A stretch of 64,000 nt of DNA from the NCBI GenBank assembly GCA_977030845.1, contig OZ365114.1, forward strand, positions 23,002,001 through 23,066,000. The letters are read 5' to 3'. Shown piece after piece: positions 13,301 to 28,300 of the stretch (position 1 is the stretch's first letter; every line of letters begins with the position of its first letter). The notes beneath the pieces are model-generated. The model was not told where the DNA came from. It did no database searches and saw only the letters and a list, made by a program, of their open reading frames with translations. Source of the DNA: Fimbriosthenelais zetlandica (lineage: Eukaryota). Both the position numbers and the translations under genes were made by a program.

Positions 13301-16300
13301 TTCAGAATTTCTTCAGAGTGGTCAAAGAAGTCCATACACGACTATTGCTATGAGAATTAGTATTAAAAGATCCACTTCAAACATTTTGTACAGTGTAAGA
13401 TTGAAGGCCATGGGGGTAATAAAACGCATTGACTTCACCCTTATCTGTGGCTGGGCCAAAACCACTTAGTTCCACTCTGTAGCCACCATCGGGAAGGGAT
13501 AGGATTGGAGTGCTTTAGGCTTTTAATCGGATCTGAGATGAGATGTACACAACCTGAAGTGAAGTCCAGCCCTCCATATTGCCCCACTACCACGTACATA
13601 CATTTGTATATATCATACATATGTTTACCTTGGACGAGGTGGATGTTATTTTGTCTCGTTTAAATTTAAAATGTTCGGTTAGTTCAAATTGTAACAGGAT
13701 AAGAGGACGTAATTGTGGGTAATATCTACTCCGACCCGACGTTTTTGTATTCTTCACCAGTCTCCCCCTTATATAAACGTCAGGGCCATGGCCTGTGTTG
13801 AATAAAAGCCAGTGATGTTTATTGAATCAGACATTTATGACAGCTGTTTAGAGGAGGCTAAATCATTGTCCATGTCACTTTCCAGTGCCAAGATAATCAA
13901 GTGGAAAATGATCAGTGGGTTCAAGCTAGGGAATCTCCCTTAAATGGGAAAATCAATGCATGTAACCTCCTCATATCACAGATCAGTTACCCCCGGATGC
14001 CCTCCCCCACTCAAAAAGCAGGAGTAAACCCATGTGATTTACATTGGGCAATGACAACCCCTTTCTTGGAAGTCAACGGAAGGTACTCGAGACTATAAGC
14101 AGGAGGGAAATGATATCTTATAAACCAACACAAATTATGGCCTTGGGATTTCAGTGTTGTGATACTAAATGTTCATTCCACAAGCCTTTTTGGTCCGTGT
14201 CATTCACCAGGCCCCCTTCACTCTAGACGAGTGTTATTTCAGGAACATTCCATCGAAAAATCCTCTCATTTTCCTTGGCCAAGAGCCATGGAAAACAGCA
14301 GGGTCTAGTCACCCAAAATGCTCTCATAAATCCATATGTTTTATTTTCATATCTTCCAGGCTTCAGTGCATCCCGCCATTGTTAAAAGGGGAAAAAGTGT
14401 TGCAGTACCAGTTTATTTCCCATCCCTTATTGCTCTAATGTCCTAAGATAGTGTACTTAAGGGTTAAGTGTACTATACACCAACAGCTTTCGGCATGTCA
14501 AACATGGTTCATTCCTTGACAGTGATTGGCCCTTCAGACTCACGTGATGGACGTTTAGGGGCAATAGCTACACTCTAAAACAACCATTGAGGAAGCTACC
14601 TTTTCCCGAGACATACATATAACTGTTAGAGGACAAACAGTACTCGATTAACGGTCATATAGTTTATGTAATATATAGTAGTTGCTTCATTATGCAACTT
14701 ACAACTGAGCATTATTCAAGGGTGTCTCAACTGTGTTGAAAATGTGACAGCAAGAACTATATGCAGCTGCACTTAGACGTTGGGTTTATAGCGGTACAGC
14801 GTAGTTGGTTTCAGCATCGCCCTTTTAAGAAGCAAAAATTAAGTTCTTTTCGGTTTACAGCTGTGAAGAAATGAAATACCTAACATATTGAAGGTCTTTC
14901 AACAGGGATTTTTATCCTTCAGCAACAAGAATATTATCTCTTCACATGCAGACATTGCAACAGTAAACCCTTCGTCCATATTGGATATTACACACATAGC
15001 TCAATTGGGAGGAGAGAAAGGATTTATTTTCACTTTTCCCGTTCCAGATACTTTGTAAAGATCGGTGTCCAGGAGATCCAATGTCAGATTTCTGGTCGGT
15101 ATGTGACACCAACTCCATCGACCTGTCCGCCCGACCCGCCTCCCCCATTATGCTGCTCTACACACCGTGTCCATATTCAGACACACCAAATCAATTTAAG
15201 ACAGAGGGGGAGGGTCCTGGATGCACTATTCTGATTGCAGATTTTCTCTTTACCTTTTACCGTAGCTATAATACTTTACAAGTCATCGTTCAAAGATACA
15301 GACCACACACACACGAGGACTAATAGCAACCATTGTAATAGGTCCATTTAGGCCTTGGTTCCCCTCTCTGAGAACCACAAACGTCAAGAAGTGTTTGAGT
15401 AACGACCTTTAAGACTTGTTTATTCTAATGATGAGCCATTTGATCGCTCCATGAATTATTCAAAAACCAAATTAAGAAGCAATCGAAACATAAGTTTGAA
15501 ATTTTAAAGAGAACTAAATAAAGGCAATTAGGTGGGCATTTACTTGGCAAGACTAAACGTTCTATGCATAGTTCACGTCACAGACAGACGTATATTTTCC
15601 CACTGTGTGCTATTGGGATGTCATAAATCCCAGCTAAATTATGTACGGGACAAAACTAAAGTATATGTATATCCTTGTCACGAGGGGGATCCCCTTGATA
15701 GGTCTGTCCCCAAAAAACCTGCAGCAGAGATCGAAGGTTAAACTTCACAGTTTAGACCCCCTATATCAAATCTCTCTTTTGTAGATTTGATCTAAATTTG
15801 GGGTGCAAATAGGTTAATTAGGTCCCTGATGTCACTGTACCAGATTTTCCATGCGAATACATATACGGAAATGATAAAAAGTACGACTAACCTCCTGTTA
15901 AATCATTGAGGTACTCTGGAGCTGTTTGCACGGAGGAGCAGTTCCACCGCCTATCTGTGAAGAGTTGTTGACAAACTGTCATTGCCTCCCGAGAGGCATG
16001 CACAATAACGCTCATTAATTCCAGGTGGCGCTTACATAATCCCACCTGATACTTTAATAATCCATTTGTTCGTGCTTCTATACAATGCTTTGTCTGGTTC
16101 CAAAACCGTTGTTTCGTCTTGGCCAAAGCTCTGCAAAAGAAAAGAAAAGTATTGAGAATCATGTTGCTTTATATTGCTTTTCAGTGTATGTTTACAACGA
16201 AAGGGGCATTGTATTTCAATAAAAGTACAGTTACATAAAGAAGACCTAGAAGCGGAAGCACTGTAATGGAGAAGGGCCTTTCTATAGACTGTTTTGAGGG

Positions 16301-19300
16301 TAAACTATGGTCACATAACACTGGTTGACCAAATTGTGGGGACATAAATACTGGTACACACGACCTGACAGTGACGTTGACCACAAACCCACATGATCTC
16401 TAACTCTGAAGTGGACTATTGATAAGAGGTGTTGGCATTGGGCATCGACAGTGTCAAAAGGGTTAAACGGATTCCGTACTATAAGCCATCTTTACGAGTA
16501 CACTATACTAAGGTCTCAATAGGTTTCTAACACACCCACATTTCAAAAAGAAAAAGTGTGTTCGATAGATTTTGTGAATTAATACTTTTTAACGACTATT
16601 ACACCTACTATATCATACCAGAGAGACTACAAATAACAGGTAGTCGAGTTTTAATGTGATATGCAGTATTTTCCCTTCAAATATGTCTCAGTGGCAGATC
16701 TGAGTCAATCAATTCAACTCTATTTGAGTAAACAGCAAGTTAAAGTCATTCGGACCTCTTAAAATCTGCACTTTTCAAGTGCTGTTTTTGTATACTCCTA
16801 ATCAGGAATAAATTATCCCATTCAAAACAAACTTTCAATAGTGTTTTAGGGCCAGACAGGAGGGCGATGGGGGTGGGACGGGGCCTTAACAAGACCCTAG
16901 GAACTGTTTAAGTGAGAAATGTCGTCTGGCGTGGCTCGTAACGAGAACTTCTCCCCGGATACAGACGCCTGGATACTAAACTATCGCACTGGCTGACCCC
17001 CCAAGACATCAGAACGTCGTCGCGTCCAAATGTCCTTTCTCTTCTTGACATTAGGTTCAGTTTCTCAACCTTGCCAACTTAGAAATCACACCTAAGATTC
17101 CACATAATAAAAGCTGAGAATGGTGATGAAGGTTGGTTGCCTGTTTGGCATTATGGGGCCTTGATGAGCTATGAAGGGGCGGGGAGAGTTGGCGGGTCAG
17201 CAGGCAGAAGGTTCGGTACACGCCAAAAGGTGAGAAAAGTGACTTGGTGCAAACTGCAAAGTCGGCCTCGCGTGTGACTTCTGCCATTCTATGTAGTTCA
17301 TCTTGTTGATTCGCACCAGTGACTTCCATAAGCAAGGCATAACACGGAAACATCTTCCAGGGAGGTGTTATGGTACAAGTATGTTCTGTTGAAGTTCAGA
17401 GGGTGCAATATAACGAGCAGAGTTACGTATAGCCCCAAAGTCATAAGGAATGTTGTTCCTTTTGAAAGGAATGGATCATTCCATAAATTAGGGGATATAT
17501 TTGTAAATGACTGCACTCTGTGTCAGTGACTTTCGAGTACTGTATATACCGAAAAGAAGGATGAAGGAAAATGTTCTCTTAAAGACCCCCATCCCTTCGT
17601 GGGAAAGGAACAGAAAGGACAGTGTCCTACAGCACAATGAGACGGAATGAGACAAATATTGGTCGAAGTTAGGTCTATGGAAGTAGAGTACGTGTGGACA
17701 AAAGTATTTAAAGTATTTAAAACATCAATAACTATCCTCTAATCACAATATTTAATTGATTCTCATCCCAGAACGCATGTCCCAATTCCTATACTACTTA
17801 CAGAGACAATTTTTCAAATTTGAACATACTTACAACTAAACCTTTACCGGCGACCTAAATATAAATCACATTTGACTACTTTGAGACCCACACGCTTCGG
17901 TACATTTACATTTGAAACAAACTTGTACATGCTGTTACTCCAACAATGAAACTAGCTTCAAGTACCCTACTCAAGTTCAGCTTTGTGCATTCCCAAATAA
18001 GCCAGTGCATTCGCATGGTTTCACTCCTGTGGATACTTTCCTTTCACTCTGACCCACTCCACTAGTTTCTCGAAGCCTTTGAAGGTCCAAGACTTCACAT
18101 GAGAAACCTACGGCGCCAGTTTAAGCATGATAATCTTATTGTCTGAACTGGACACTTGTTGCCAAGACTAGCACAGTAGATGATGGCTCTGGTCCAGCCT
18201 TAACTTTTTATACATGAACCCATGCATGTTCTGACCATGGTCAGTTTAATAATGGTCAGCTGGACTCTGTCACATGAGGGTCAAGACAAGAAGACATGGT
18301 AGGGGTCAATGGTGGGCGGTAAATGGGCGGTATATGGAACACCTGTTTTTTTGCTTATTTTCCTGAGTGATATCCCTGTATATATTTATATCAACATTGA
18401 AACGGTATACATTAAACAGGGAGAGGATACCTTGGAGTATAGATACTTAACATTAGGATTTTCAATGCCTTCATCAGCTTCTGAAAATTTCACCTTAAGC
18501 GTGCATGGGGGAAAATTGTGGTCACATGGCTTTTAACCACGTGTGAACTATATAGAAATCCATGTATGTGTGAACTAAACAAACACACAATTAATGAGCT
18601 GAGAAGCACTACTCTTTAACTCGATGAAAGGTGGAGATAAAGGCTATATTCACCAAACCCTCGAGGTGACAAGCAGATTACAGGGTTCGTGGTGAGCCTC
18701 AAATTACAAATGAATGTATGAGTCTCTATTCAGCCATTTTGTTCGATTTTTTTCACACTGCTAATCATAGAGTTGGGGTCGAAAGCACAAAAACTAGAGG
18801 TATTAGATATCAACACCTGGTCTAAATTCCAATATATATGCTGCACATACATTTTAAAACATCACATTAATGCATAGGATGACCCTTGAGGCAAAATGTA
18901 AACGTGTGAAGAGACAAAAGGGGAAGACGTTTTCAATCTATACTCCCAGGCAGTGACTGCCTAAGTTTATTCATCCTGACCTTTCAAATGTTGAAGCTAA
19001 CAAAAGCTTCTATAGCTCTCAGGATGAATCTACCCCTATCCGACACGTGGGTGTGAAAACGGAACAGGACTAAGAAAATTATTTATTGCCTTTTATAAAT
19101 AACACCAAATGACCTGTCATTTATACCAGGGCTTGGTGGGGCTGGGAAGTGAGCAGGGCAGGTAGGAGGGAGGACAATAAAAAGTAAGACAGCAGAAGTG
19201 AATGTAGGACTTGTTGTCTTGTGTTTATGGTGGGGGAAGGGGCCCACTATCACACCTCATGTGGGAGAGATGGTGTAGGAGTCGCACACACCTCCACCCC

Positions 19301-22300
19301 CAGCTCAACCTGCCCTACCCCTCCACCTCTTTACCTGGCTGTAAAAACACCATTTGTCTGGCTGCACTTAAATGCAGCTAACGCAGGTGAAATAAATGCT
19401 CCACTTCTGCAATCATGAACACATAATATTACAAACTCTTTAAACATGTCGATATACTCTTTCGCGGTCATTAAGAAACCTGAACATTAGTAAATCTCAA
19501 ATTAATGTTTCATCAATGAAAATGTTGCCATCATGGAGATGGGAGAAAGGCCTTACTTCCTTATCATCATGTATGGATTTCGTCAAGATAATCCTTTAAG
19601 AGAAGGAGATGTTTTTTTTTAAATCATCAATATTTTGTGAACTCAGTGACCAGCTTCTTTTACAACTGATGGAACCTTTACCAGGAAAGCGGGGCCAATG
19701 TATATAAGCAACACAAACATTCCAGGCTCAGACATAGTCAAAATAAAAGCCCCATTTCTTACTCTCCAATTACCCATTATCACTGTGCCATCTAGGATTC
19801 CAGTAGTGGTAAATGGGGGAAGGGGCGGGGTCGATAAGAAAGACTGAGGCGCCCAGAGAACCGTTGATGTCTGAGAAAGGTGTCAGATATTTTCACACAT
19901 TTTCTCCCTCAGAATAACAATATCTACGGATAATATGCAATACAATGATATTTTTTCTCATTCCATTCACTTTTGTCAACGGTCTGTCCGTTTTTGCTTT
20001 TACATAAGTCCTTAAGAATCAAAACACTTGTTTCCAAACTCTGAATTTGAACTAGGACATTTAGAGGACATTTTTTTCCACTGAGGTGTGCCTCTTTGGA
20101 ATGGAAGTCCCTAACACTTTGTCATGTAGTCAATAAGGGAAAGTCCCTTTCCAATTTGATGACCTTCTGAGTTTTTGTCATGATAATCTCGTTTGTCCAG
20201 AGCTGACCATCATCGGTCACTAGGGAAGCCATTGGTCACTCGTGACGTCACTTGACGTCGTTAACAAACTCCAGGAGGCGCAGATAAGATCAGGCAACAT
20301 CGATTCGCCTATTATCGCTCATTTAGTCACGTGCTTATTGGCCATCCCATGGCGACGGGCAGCCTCAATACTGCCCCCTGCTGGTGTGCATGCTTTCTCC
20401 AGCACTCCAATCACATGATCAGATTGATACATTCTTATTGGCTCCTACATAAAAACAGCATCATCCAGTTAGATATGGGACAGGATAATATAAATGTCCA
20501 TGGGGTGACTGTAATGGAGTCTTAAGATTGAAGGAAAGACAAGATATCGCATTTATAAACCTAATTGATTGTCTTCCTAACGAGGCTGGTGATTGGTTGC
20601 TGTCCATGCCTGACCTTCACCTTGGGCCTCCTTATCATGTTATGTAAATATAGCGGCCCGGATGTGGAGGGTTGAGAGGAAGAGGTTTCTGGGAGTGGGG
20701 GATCGAGGGGGATCATGTGATCCAGCCAGTTTGTCTGCGATTTTCCACATCTGTGTTGATGGATCGGTCGCCCAAAACCAAAAAGTCTGACCCTGTCTAA
20801 CATGCACGATAGCAAAATATATACGACTCATTTATACCTATCATTCCACCTCACCCTTCTACAGATTCCTCCCAGTGTACACACATAATATGATGCTAGG
20901 TTTTGGTAAAGTTCCCAGCTGACTCAATGTCAACTAATTTTGATGTCTTAGCTCAATGACTACTAATTTTGATGTGTTTTAACTATCAAAAATTGAAAAA
21001 CAGGCAATGACACTGACCAAACCAGGATGGATGTTAGATAGACGGAGGCGTGAGTCCTTGCTGGTCCAGGTAAAAACGACCACTGAAAACACTGACTTTT
21101 TTCTCGCTATTTATGTTAGCATGTAGCATGTCAACATAGCCTGGTATCCATGGGATCATCGGTTGACCCAATGGTTGGACGGCCTTTACGGCAATCCAAT
21201 TGACAGCAAACGATCATGGGTTCATAGTTGTTCATTTCTATCGGCTAGATGACCAGCCTTAGAAGTGATTGGTCTATGTTTGTTTTCCCCATATCGTAGT
21301 TCCAACTAATCTATTAATAGCATCTATAGGGTAATCCCCATTTTTATGCCAGGGTAGAGTGGTTTAGGGCACTCACCAAAAGTTTGAACTAGTCAGTCGT
21401 GGTTTCGTTCAACAAAGAACTCATCAGGTTTATATTAGCTGGACAGGATTAACATCATTTTATTGATATTAATTTTTTATTTGAAAGTGGTCACCAAGAT
21501 GGACTTGGATTTTAAATGCTGTCAGGGGCATTGAGAGAGTCAGTGTTAGTCCAGCAAGGACATGTGCGATTGAGGGGTAAGGCACTTTGTAATAGTTATT
21601 AATTTTTCCAAAGTTTTTCCAGGTTACATGGAAGGTAATGAAAAAATAAACCAGGATGGATTTCAGTAAGGGAACATCTCACCTATACCATCATGTGATG
21701 TGAGGCAGGCAATTTGAAGACATCTTAATTAATTTGTAAATCTAAAGTAAATCAGAGTAAATGACTTTTTATTTGATCTCATTGTGATACAATATTGGGG
21801 AAGTATCCTGCGACTTAAGCATTTTCAGGAATGATTAGGACAAGTGTATATCTGCTTTTACTTGACCCTATCAAAATACCAGGACGAACACAAGCAACCT
21901 AATTATGTGGTTACTGAGCAAATCCCCGGCCACTTGGGTGGTTTGTATGTTTGTATGTGACCATAAAAAGTGATCCCGGTAGTGAACGTAAAAGGATTGT
22001 AAACATAGGAATGTACCAATTCACACCTCGTCCACTTGAGGAAGGACTGGAATGTGTATTTATAAGGTTTCCTGTTAGTCCTGTTTTCCTGATATCTGTG
22101 ATTAATTAAGTATAGGTGGATTGGACTCTATATATACACTGATTGCCCTCTATATACTGACTTTGAGTACAACAAGTCAAAACATACTTTAGACATAAGG
22201 AAGTACTAGAGGTCCACGATGCCTTCAGATTCTGGTCTTGTTGTGGACTGATATAAAAGTGCCTGCGTCAAAAGTGCACAGGATTACAAAAAAGGACGTA

Positions 22301-25300
22301 AAACAAGCCTGGATATGATAGAATGAGTCAGGATTTGTCTCTCCATTGTCCCTCTAAACTAAAATGAAGGTCATACCCATTGTCACTTCCGGTCTGGTAA
22401 TGTATGATTCGATTAAGTCAGCCTGATACGCATATTTCAATAATTTCTGCATTGTTTCCTGAGTGTATATAAGTTTACTACGACTATGTTCAATACATAA
22501 CTGTTGCAGTAAATCATATATAGCATTAATATGTCATTCAGAAAATTGGGAGAGCTCATATTATTAATATAGGGGACCCCACGTAATCAGCACACCCTCA
22601 TCTTTAGTCTTATCTCTGACCCTGCTGGCATTATGTTATGTTATCCTACTAGCTTCCAGCGCTGGTATACATAGACATGGCTGGATTTATGGTCAACAGT
22701 ACTGGATCATCACAGGGGTTCACTTTGCTTATCTCCAGCTCTAGGCAGCCATTGGACCTCTCCTCTAGGCAGAAAGATAATGCTGTCCTCAGATAAGTCT
22801 CGATCCCACTAGAAATTACAGATGGAAGTTACGAATAAACAGCATACTCTCAGGGATGAAATTTTAAAGCAATAAAAAATATTTTTATTCCTTTATGATG
22901 CAAGTTCCAAATGTAAATGCGGGTGGGTGCGGGGGTACGGCAATTGCTCCCAATTGATGGGAGGAGGTTGGGTGGATATTCGGGCATATCTCGCGGTGGG
23001 AGCCGAACCAGGGATTGGTTTGCTAGCTGGGTGGTGGGGGGATGTGATGTAGGATGCATAGGGTGGGTTAGTGGTGGGGGATGGGTAGATGGGAGAGGGT
23101 GTTGTTGTTTTTCTTTACTTTAGCATTAGATTTCCCATCTTCCTTGTCAGATATTCACTTTGTCAAACATGATAAACTAAACTCACATATTTTGCAGAAA
23201 CTAGAGATAGAATATGTCTACACGCTCACGATCGATTACAGGCAAAACGGATGACTTTGTCAAGTTCTAAAGAAAATGGCGTTGGCAAAGATTTAAATCT
23301 TATTTCCTTCCTTTGCTTGATCTGACAATGACGAGTCATTCCTGAAACTGGCGCGAATAAAGAGATAGAATGTAATTGTATTGAATTTCTTGTGATTCAA
23401 GTGAAACCATGAATAATTTGATGTATCTCGCCTTTTAATAGACTCACAGGTTGTATGCTAAGTGATGACGGGTGTGCCGAAAACAGACCGTCTACATCTT
23501 TCAACTGATGCTTGGGCATATAGCTGATGCTTGAATACACAGACCATTGCTTTCATGGATCATTTAAAGTGTTTTCATGGGGTTAAACACACAACCAGAG
23601 GCACCAATAAAGTTAAACCACCATTACATCGAATCTTACATGCCTGCAGAGTTCCCACAAGCATTCCTCGGATGTTGCAAGGAATTCCCAAGGTGCATTA
23701 GACATTCCGGTTCCAAAGAGAGGCGTGTTCCCCCGCGCAGCCGCAAGGGGAACTGCAACCAATCACTTCCGGTGCTTCCTGCCTGTGCATCAAGGCTTAT
23801 CGGCACTGTAGCCATTAAACAACACCCCTTCTCACTTGGCGAGGACAAAAGAACCAATTTGCTTTAAATAAGAGATCTTATCAGAAAGATATGACATGGT
23901 GAGATTGTGGGGCCCATGGGGCACACTCGAGGCCACAGATAAGAGTGATCGGCTTTGGATCTTGTGCTCATCTTCAGTCTTAGAAACGCTCCGCGCACAA
24001 GATGGCTTATTTTAACCGAGGACGGTTACACCATGTCAAACAAAGAATATCCTTTGAAATTTTAAAGCAAATCAGATTTATTAAATAATTTATATTAAAT
24101 AATTGGTTTACCGGTACATTGATTCACGTAAGGCAATGATTTAAAAGAAGTTGTTGCTGATATTGAAATATGTTATTAAAGTTTTCACAGCAAGTCATTC
24201 ACAAATTGTGCAACCGTGGTACGGAAACAAATTGTTTGGGTTACATTATATTTATGGCTTGGCCACAACAAACATAATGGTGCAATTTATCACATATTTT
24301 CCAGGTTAAATTGTCCAACATGGGCTCCACGAAGCATGAGAGACAATGCAGAAGCCATGAACATGCCTGTGCTCAGTGTCGGTGAGCTAGGATGCTCAGA
24401 TGATAGATAGTCCACATTATGGATGGTGTTAGATTCCATGTTGAGTTACATTAGTAACATGTATACAGCCTCAGGCTGTTTAGATGTGTACCAAGGACGA
24501 ACGTGACACAAATTCCCTGTGTATTTACCAGTGGGTGATCAAAGAATAAAAGACAGGATGAGAAGTCCATGCGAGTCCCACCCCTTTAATTTCTGAGAAA
24601 AACTAGGTCGCATTTCACACTCTTCAGTTCTGCAGTCATGGGAAGATTCAATCTTTTCGGGTCTTAACGGAAAACAGAAAAGTAAGGCACTAAGGTTCAT
24701 ACAGAGAAATGGGAGTGGTGCCATATGAACTTAACATAAAGTATTTTACTCGTCCAGCCCAGAAGGTGACTCTTCCAAGGGCCCTGTGCAAAAGGTCCGT
24801 TCATGCGGACGCGTCCATTCTGAGTCAATCTGATGCGAGGCAAGATAACAAACAGATCATTGATATTAGATGTCATTTGAACGGACACGTCTGCTCGCAC
24901 GGATCTTGTGTAAAGGGATTTTAACAGTTGTGATGTCCCACAATCAAATATGAAAACAATATACCGAAGAATAAGAGGACATTTCCATAAGCCATAATAT
25001 TATAGCTTTCTTTTGGGTTTCAGTCCTGAATTGAAGGATATGGGTTGATCCGGTCCCTAGCTGTAATCCGCCCACAACCATTTCAGCACTTTTTTCGTGG
25101 ATTCAGGTGATCATTCAAGGGCATAGTTTGGCTCAGGTTGCAGACAGAGTGGATGAGAGCAGCCAGTGGCGGGAATTATTAAGTGTATTGTTGATATAAC
25201 AGGGGCCAGGTAGACTGGCTTGGATGCTAATACATCACACAGATACATGTGTATATTTGTTCCACAGCCAGCTACAATGATGTAAATGGGCAGAGGAAGA

Positions 25301-28300
25301 TCATTATTGTATTTTGATTTATAAAAAGATCCTCTATTATGCCATGAAAGCTCATCATTTATTAGAAACAAAAATGTTCTAAGGAGAGTTCAGTCATTTT
25401 GTTCTTTCTTGCTATTTGAATTTAAAAACTTAATCACTAGAATTGAATAAAAGAATCAATAATTAGTCGTGGAAAGGCGCTTAAGCTTTCGCCTTGCTTT
25501 TCTAAGCCTTTTCTTCACTCATGTGTAGCCAACACAGTAATTGACAGCCATTTATGATATGGTTCTTTAAGCTAATTTTGTAAGGGCACTTGCCCCTTCA
25601 TTTGCACATAATGAATCCTTTCCATACAATGAGACTATCGTAAGTGGCCATATCCCGTTGCTCTTTAAGAAATAGGACCATATATCCTCACATGGCTAAT
25701 CCACTTGTGTTTGACCTTGTCAAATGAGGGGTCACAGGGCTACACTTTGAGACATGGGCCCTTGGGGACACTCCACACTCCACTCAGGTGAGAAACCTTC
25801 AAGGTCAAATCAAGGTCGAAGGGAACAACCCCAGGGTATAGGCATCAAAGAGTGAGAACTAAGTTACAGGTGGTATGGATTGTTCATGCCTGAAAACGTG
25901 AAAAACTAGCCCTTTAATGAATATTCAGTTTGTTCAGAGAGAAATGGTTTGTTAAAGCGACTCATCATTGGTTGATGGGAATAAGCAAAGAGAGGTTGCA
26001 TCATATAAGGAATATGTACATGCCCACCTGCCCAAATATTCACCTGCAAAACTGCAGTGAAAGTTTACCTATGAGAGGGAGTGAATTCGGTCATTCAGAG
26101 TCATGGGAATTTAGTGTATCAATTCATCCAGCATAAATTAACTGCACTCACATCCTTTGCTGACATGAAAATATGTCCTAAAAAGTCCGAGTGGTTTCAG
26201 CAACTGTCTAAGGTGGCCCATCTAAATCTATTACACAACATCTGTCTTCATAAATGTGTATCATTAAGTTATATTTCGATGTTCTCCTTTCATCGGAAAC
26301 TTGTATAGAAGTGATTAGAAGTTTTTACTCGATTGTCAAGTTGAGGTGAAAAGCACTGCTTCATATATTCAGGCCAGGGGGAGAAAAAATAAATGGCTAC
26401 ATACGGGAACATTGAAGGAAAAGGGGTTGTGTAGCCATAAAGAACCCCTTGTGCATCTGACCAAATACAAGTGAGTTGTTCCCATTGATAGATTCACATT
26501 GCTTTTACATAAAAGGCCCATTTCGTCGAGAGTGAAAGGGTCCTTTTGGAAGCCTTTAATCATCGTTCACATATGTTGTTCCTGCTCTCAAGGAAATACA
26601 TCTTCATTGGCTGACAAGCTTAATCGGAATGGGCACAATGGAGGGCCGATGTCGGCCTCAATGTGTGTAATCTGGCGTGAAAACTACAAATGTCCCATCA
26701 CCATGGTTATTGACGGCAAGGGCGCATGCGCGTGTGGCCCACTAGAGACTTCCGCCCTAGCGACATTTGGTCATCCACTCTCTTTTGCGTTGTATCAATT
26801 GCAGCCATAATGAACAAAAAGTACTTGAATTGTATTGTGTTGTGCGTTGTGCAAGGCTTAAGTTATTCATTTTTTGGACATGGTAAAAGTTCATGACACA
26901 CCCAAATTGTAGCAGTATTAATTCTCTCATTATACGACTTCAAAGTAGAACTTTATAGGTCGCGGTCGGAGGCTATAGATTCGGCATGTATCAATCATAA
27001 CATCTCAGGATATCTCAGATTAGGCGTGAAACGACCATATGAAACCGTTAGAGGAGTATTTCTGTCCATTTTTGTGTAAGTAAAAGCCGCAGGTCCACAG
27101 TGGAAACTGATGGTAATTTGCCCGCGAGCTTTTCATTACATATGCCAAATAGATAATGGTGGATGCAGGTCGTAGAAGCCAGAAGCAATCTTCAGTGGCT
27201 TCAAACATTTTCGTTTCACAGCAGGTTGCTTTGTTGCGACAGAAACTATACAACCTACATGGCGTATTACACATGTATGTATTCCGATTAGACAAATACA
27301 AGTAATAAAGATCCCGATAAAGTGACAGTACTAGAATCTTCATAGATGTGTTTAGCAATTTGTTGCGGGATGATTTAGTAAGAAGCTATGCCATTTGGAC
27401 GTTCCCTGCCATTATGCGAAAATGATCTTACTTCAGTATTCTATTATAACCCAATAAAACATATATTAATCAAGAGACAACTATAATTTACATGAGACAT
27501 TTGATGTGATTATATTGGCATCTTTTGAGCTTCAAACCAAGTTAAAACCATTAACCTATCATCATCTGAAGCAGGTTAGCGAATCATCGACTTCACATTC
27601 TGATTTATTCATGTCTTTCCCCATGGTGTTCATTGGCTTACGGCTTCACTAAAGGAGGAACAAAGCTTTTGGTTCCCCTTCATTTACAACGACCAACTTC
27701 TTGCTATTTTTTGCTAACTTTTTGCTAAGTTATAGACGGTTTTTATATACCTGTACCCCTCCCTCCCCCAACTATACTGCAGTTTCTAACGCATGTTTTA
27801 CTCAAGCAGATCATAGAGATTAGTGACTTTTTGCAATTTTTAAATGGCGGGACCGGATGCATATTGAAAGGTAGGTAGTGTTTCCTACCCACTATACATA
27901 AACTCCATAGATATATCTTGGTCTGTCTCTGATGCTGTGAAATAAGCCTGGGGCTAGGTGCGCGATTCGTGCAATCTGACCGTCTCTAATCGACAAATGC
28001 TGGAAGGTCGACTGCTTGCGTCTGTCACTCGCCCCCCAACAAAATACCGGTCGTATTTCGTTTCAAAGCTTGACTTACAGCCATTAGAGGTCTTTCTAAA
28101 GATCCCCGGAGGCAAGACAAACCTTTCTGTCATTGAAAGATGCGTCAAATGTTGACAAATATTCACCTGGCCCCGGGTGGGGAGACGCTGATTATAGGTT
28201 TTGGTTTTGTTCGTTCTGCTGACTTTTTGACGTCCCACCAAGAGTAGAGTGGAGTGTCTACAGAAGGGGAAGATGGATAGTGAAGGAAGGAGAGGGGGAG

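Noticed and set aside
12944-15417. 15-bp identical word cgacctttaagactt at 12944 and 15403
   Set aside because: A few such matches are expected by chance, and the flanks do not extend.
17057-17516. Overlapping minus-strand ORFs with a TM-like stretch ~1 kb upstream of Wnt11 exon 2
   Set aside because: No homology recognised and no convincing splice pair.
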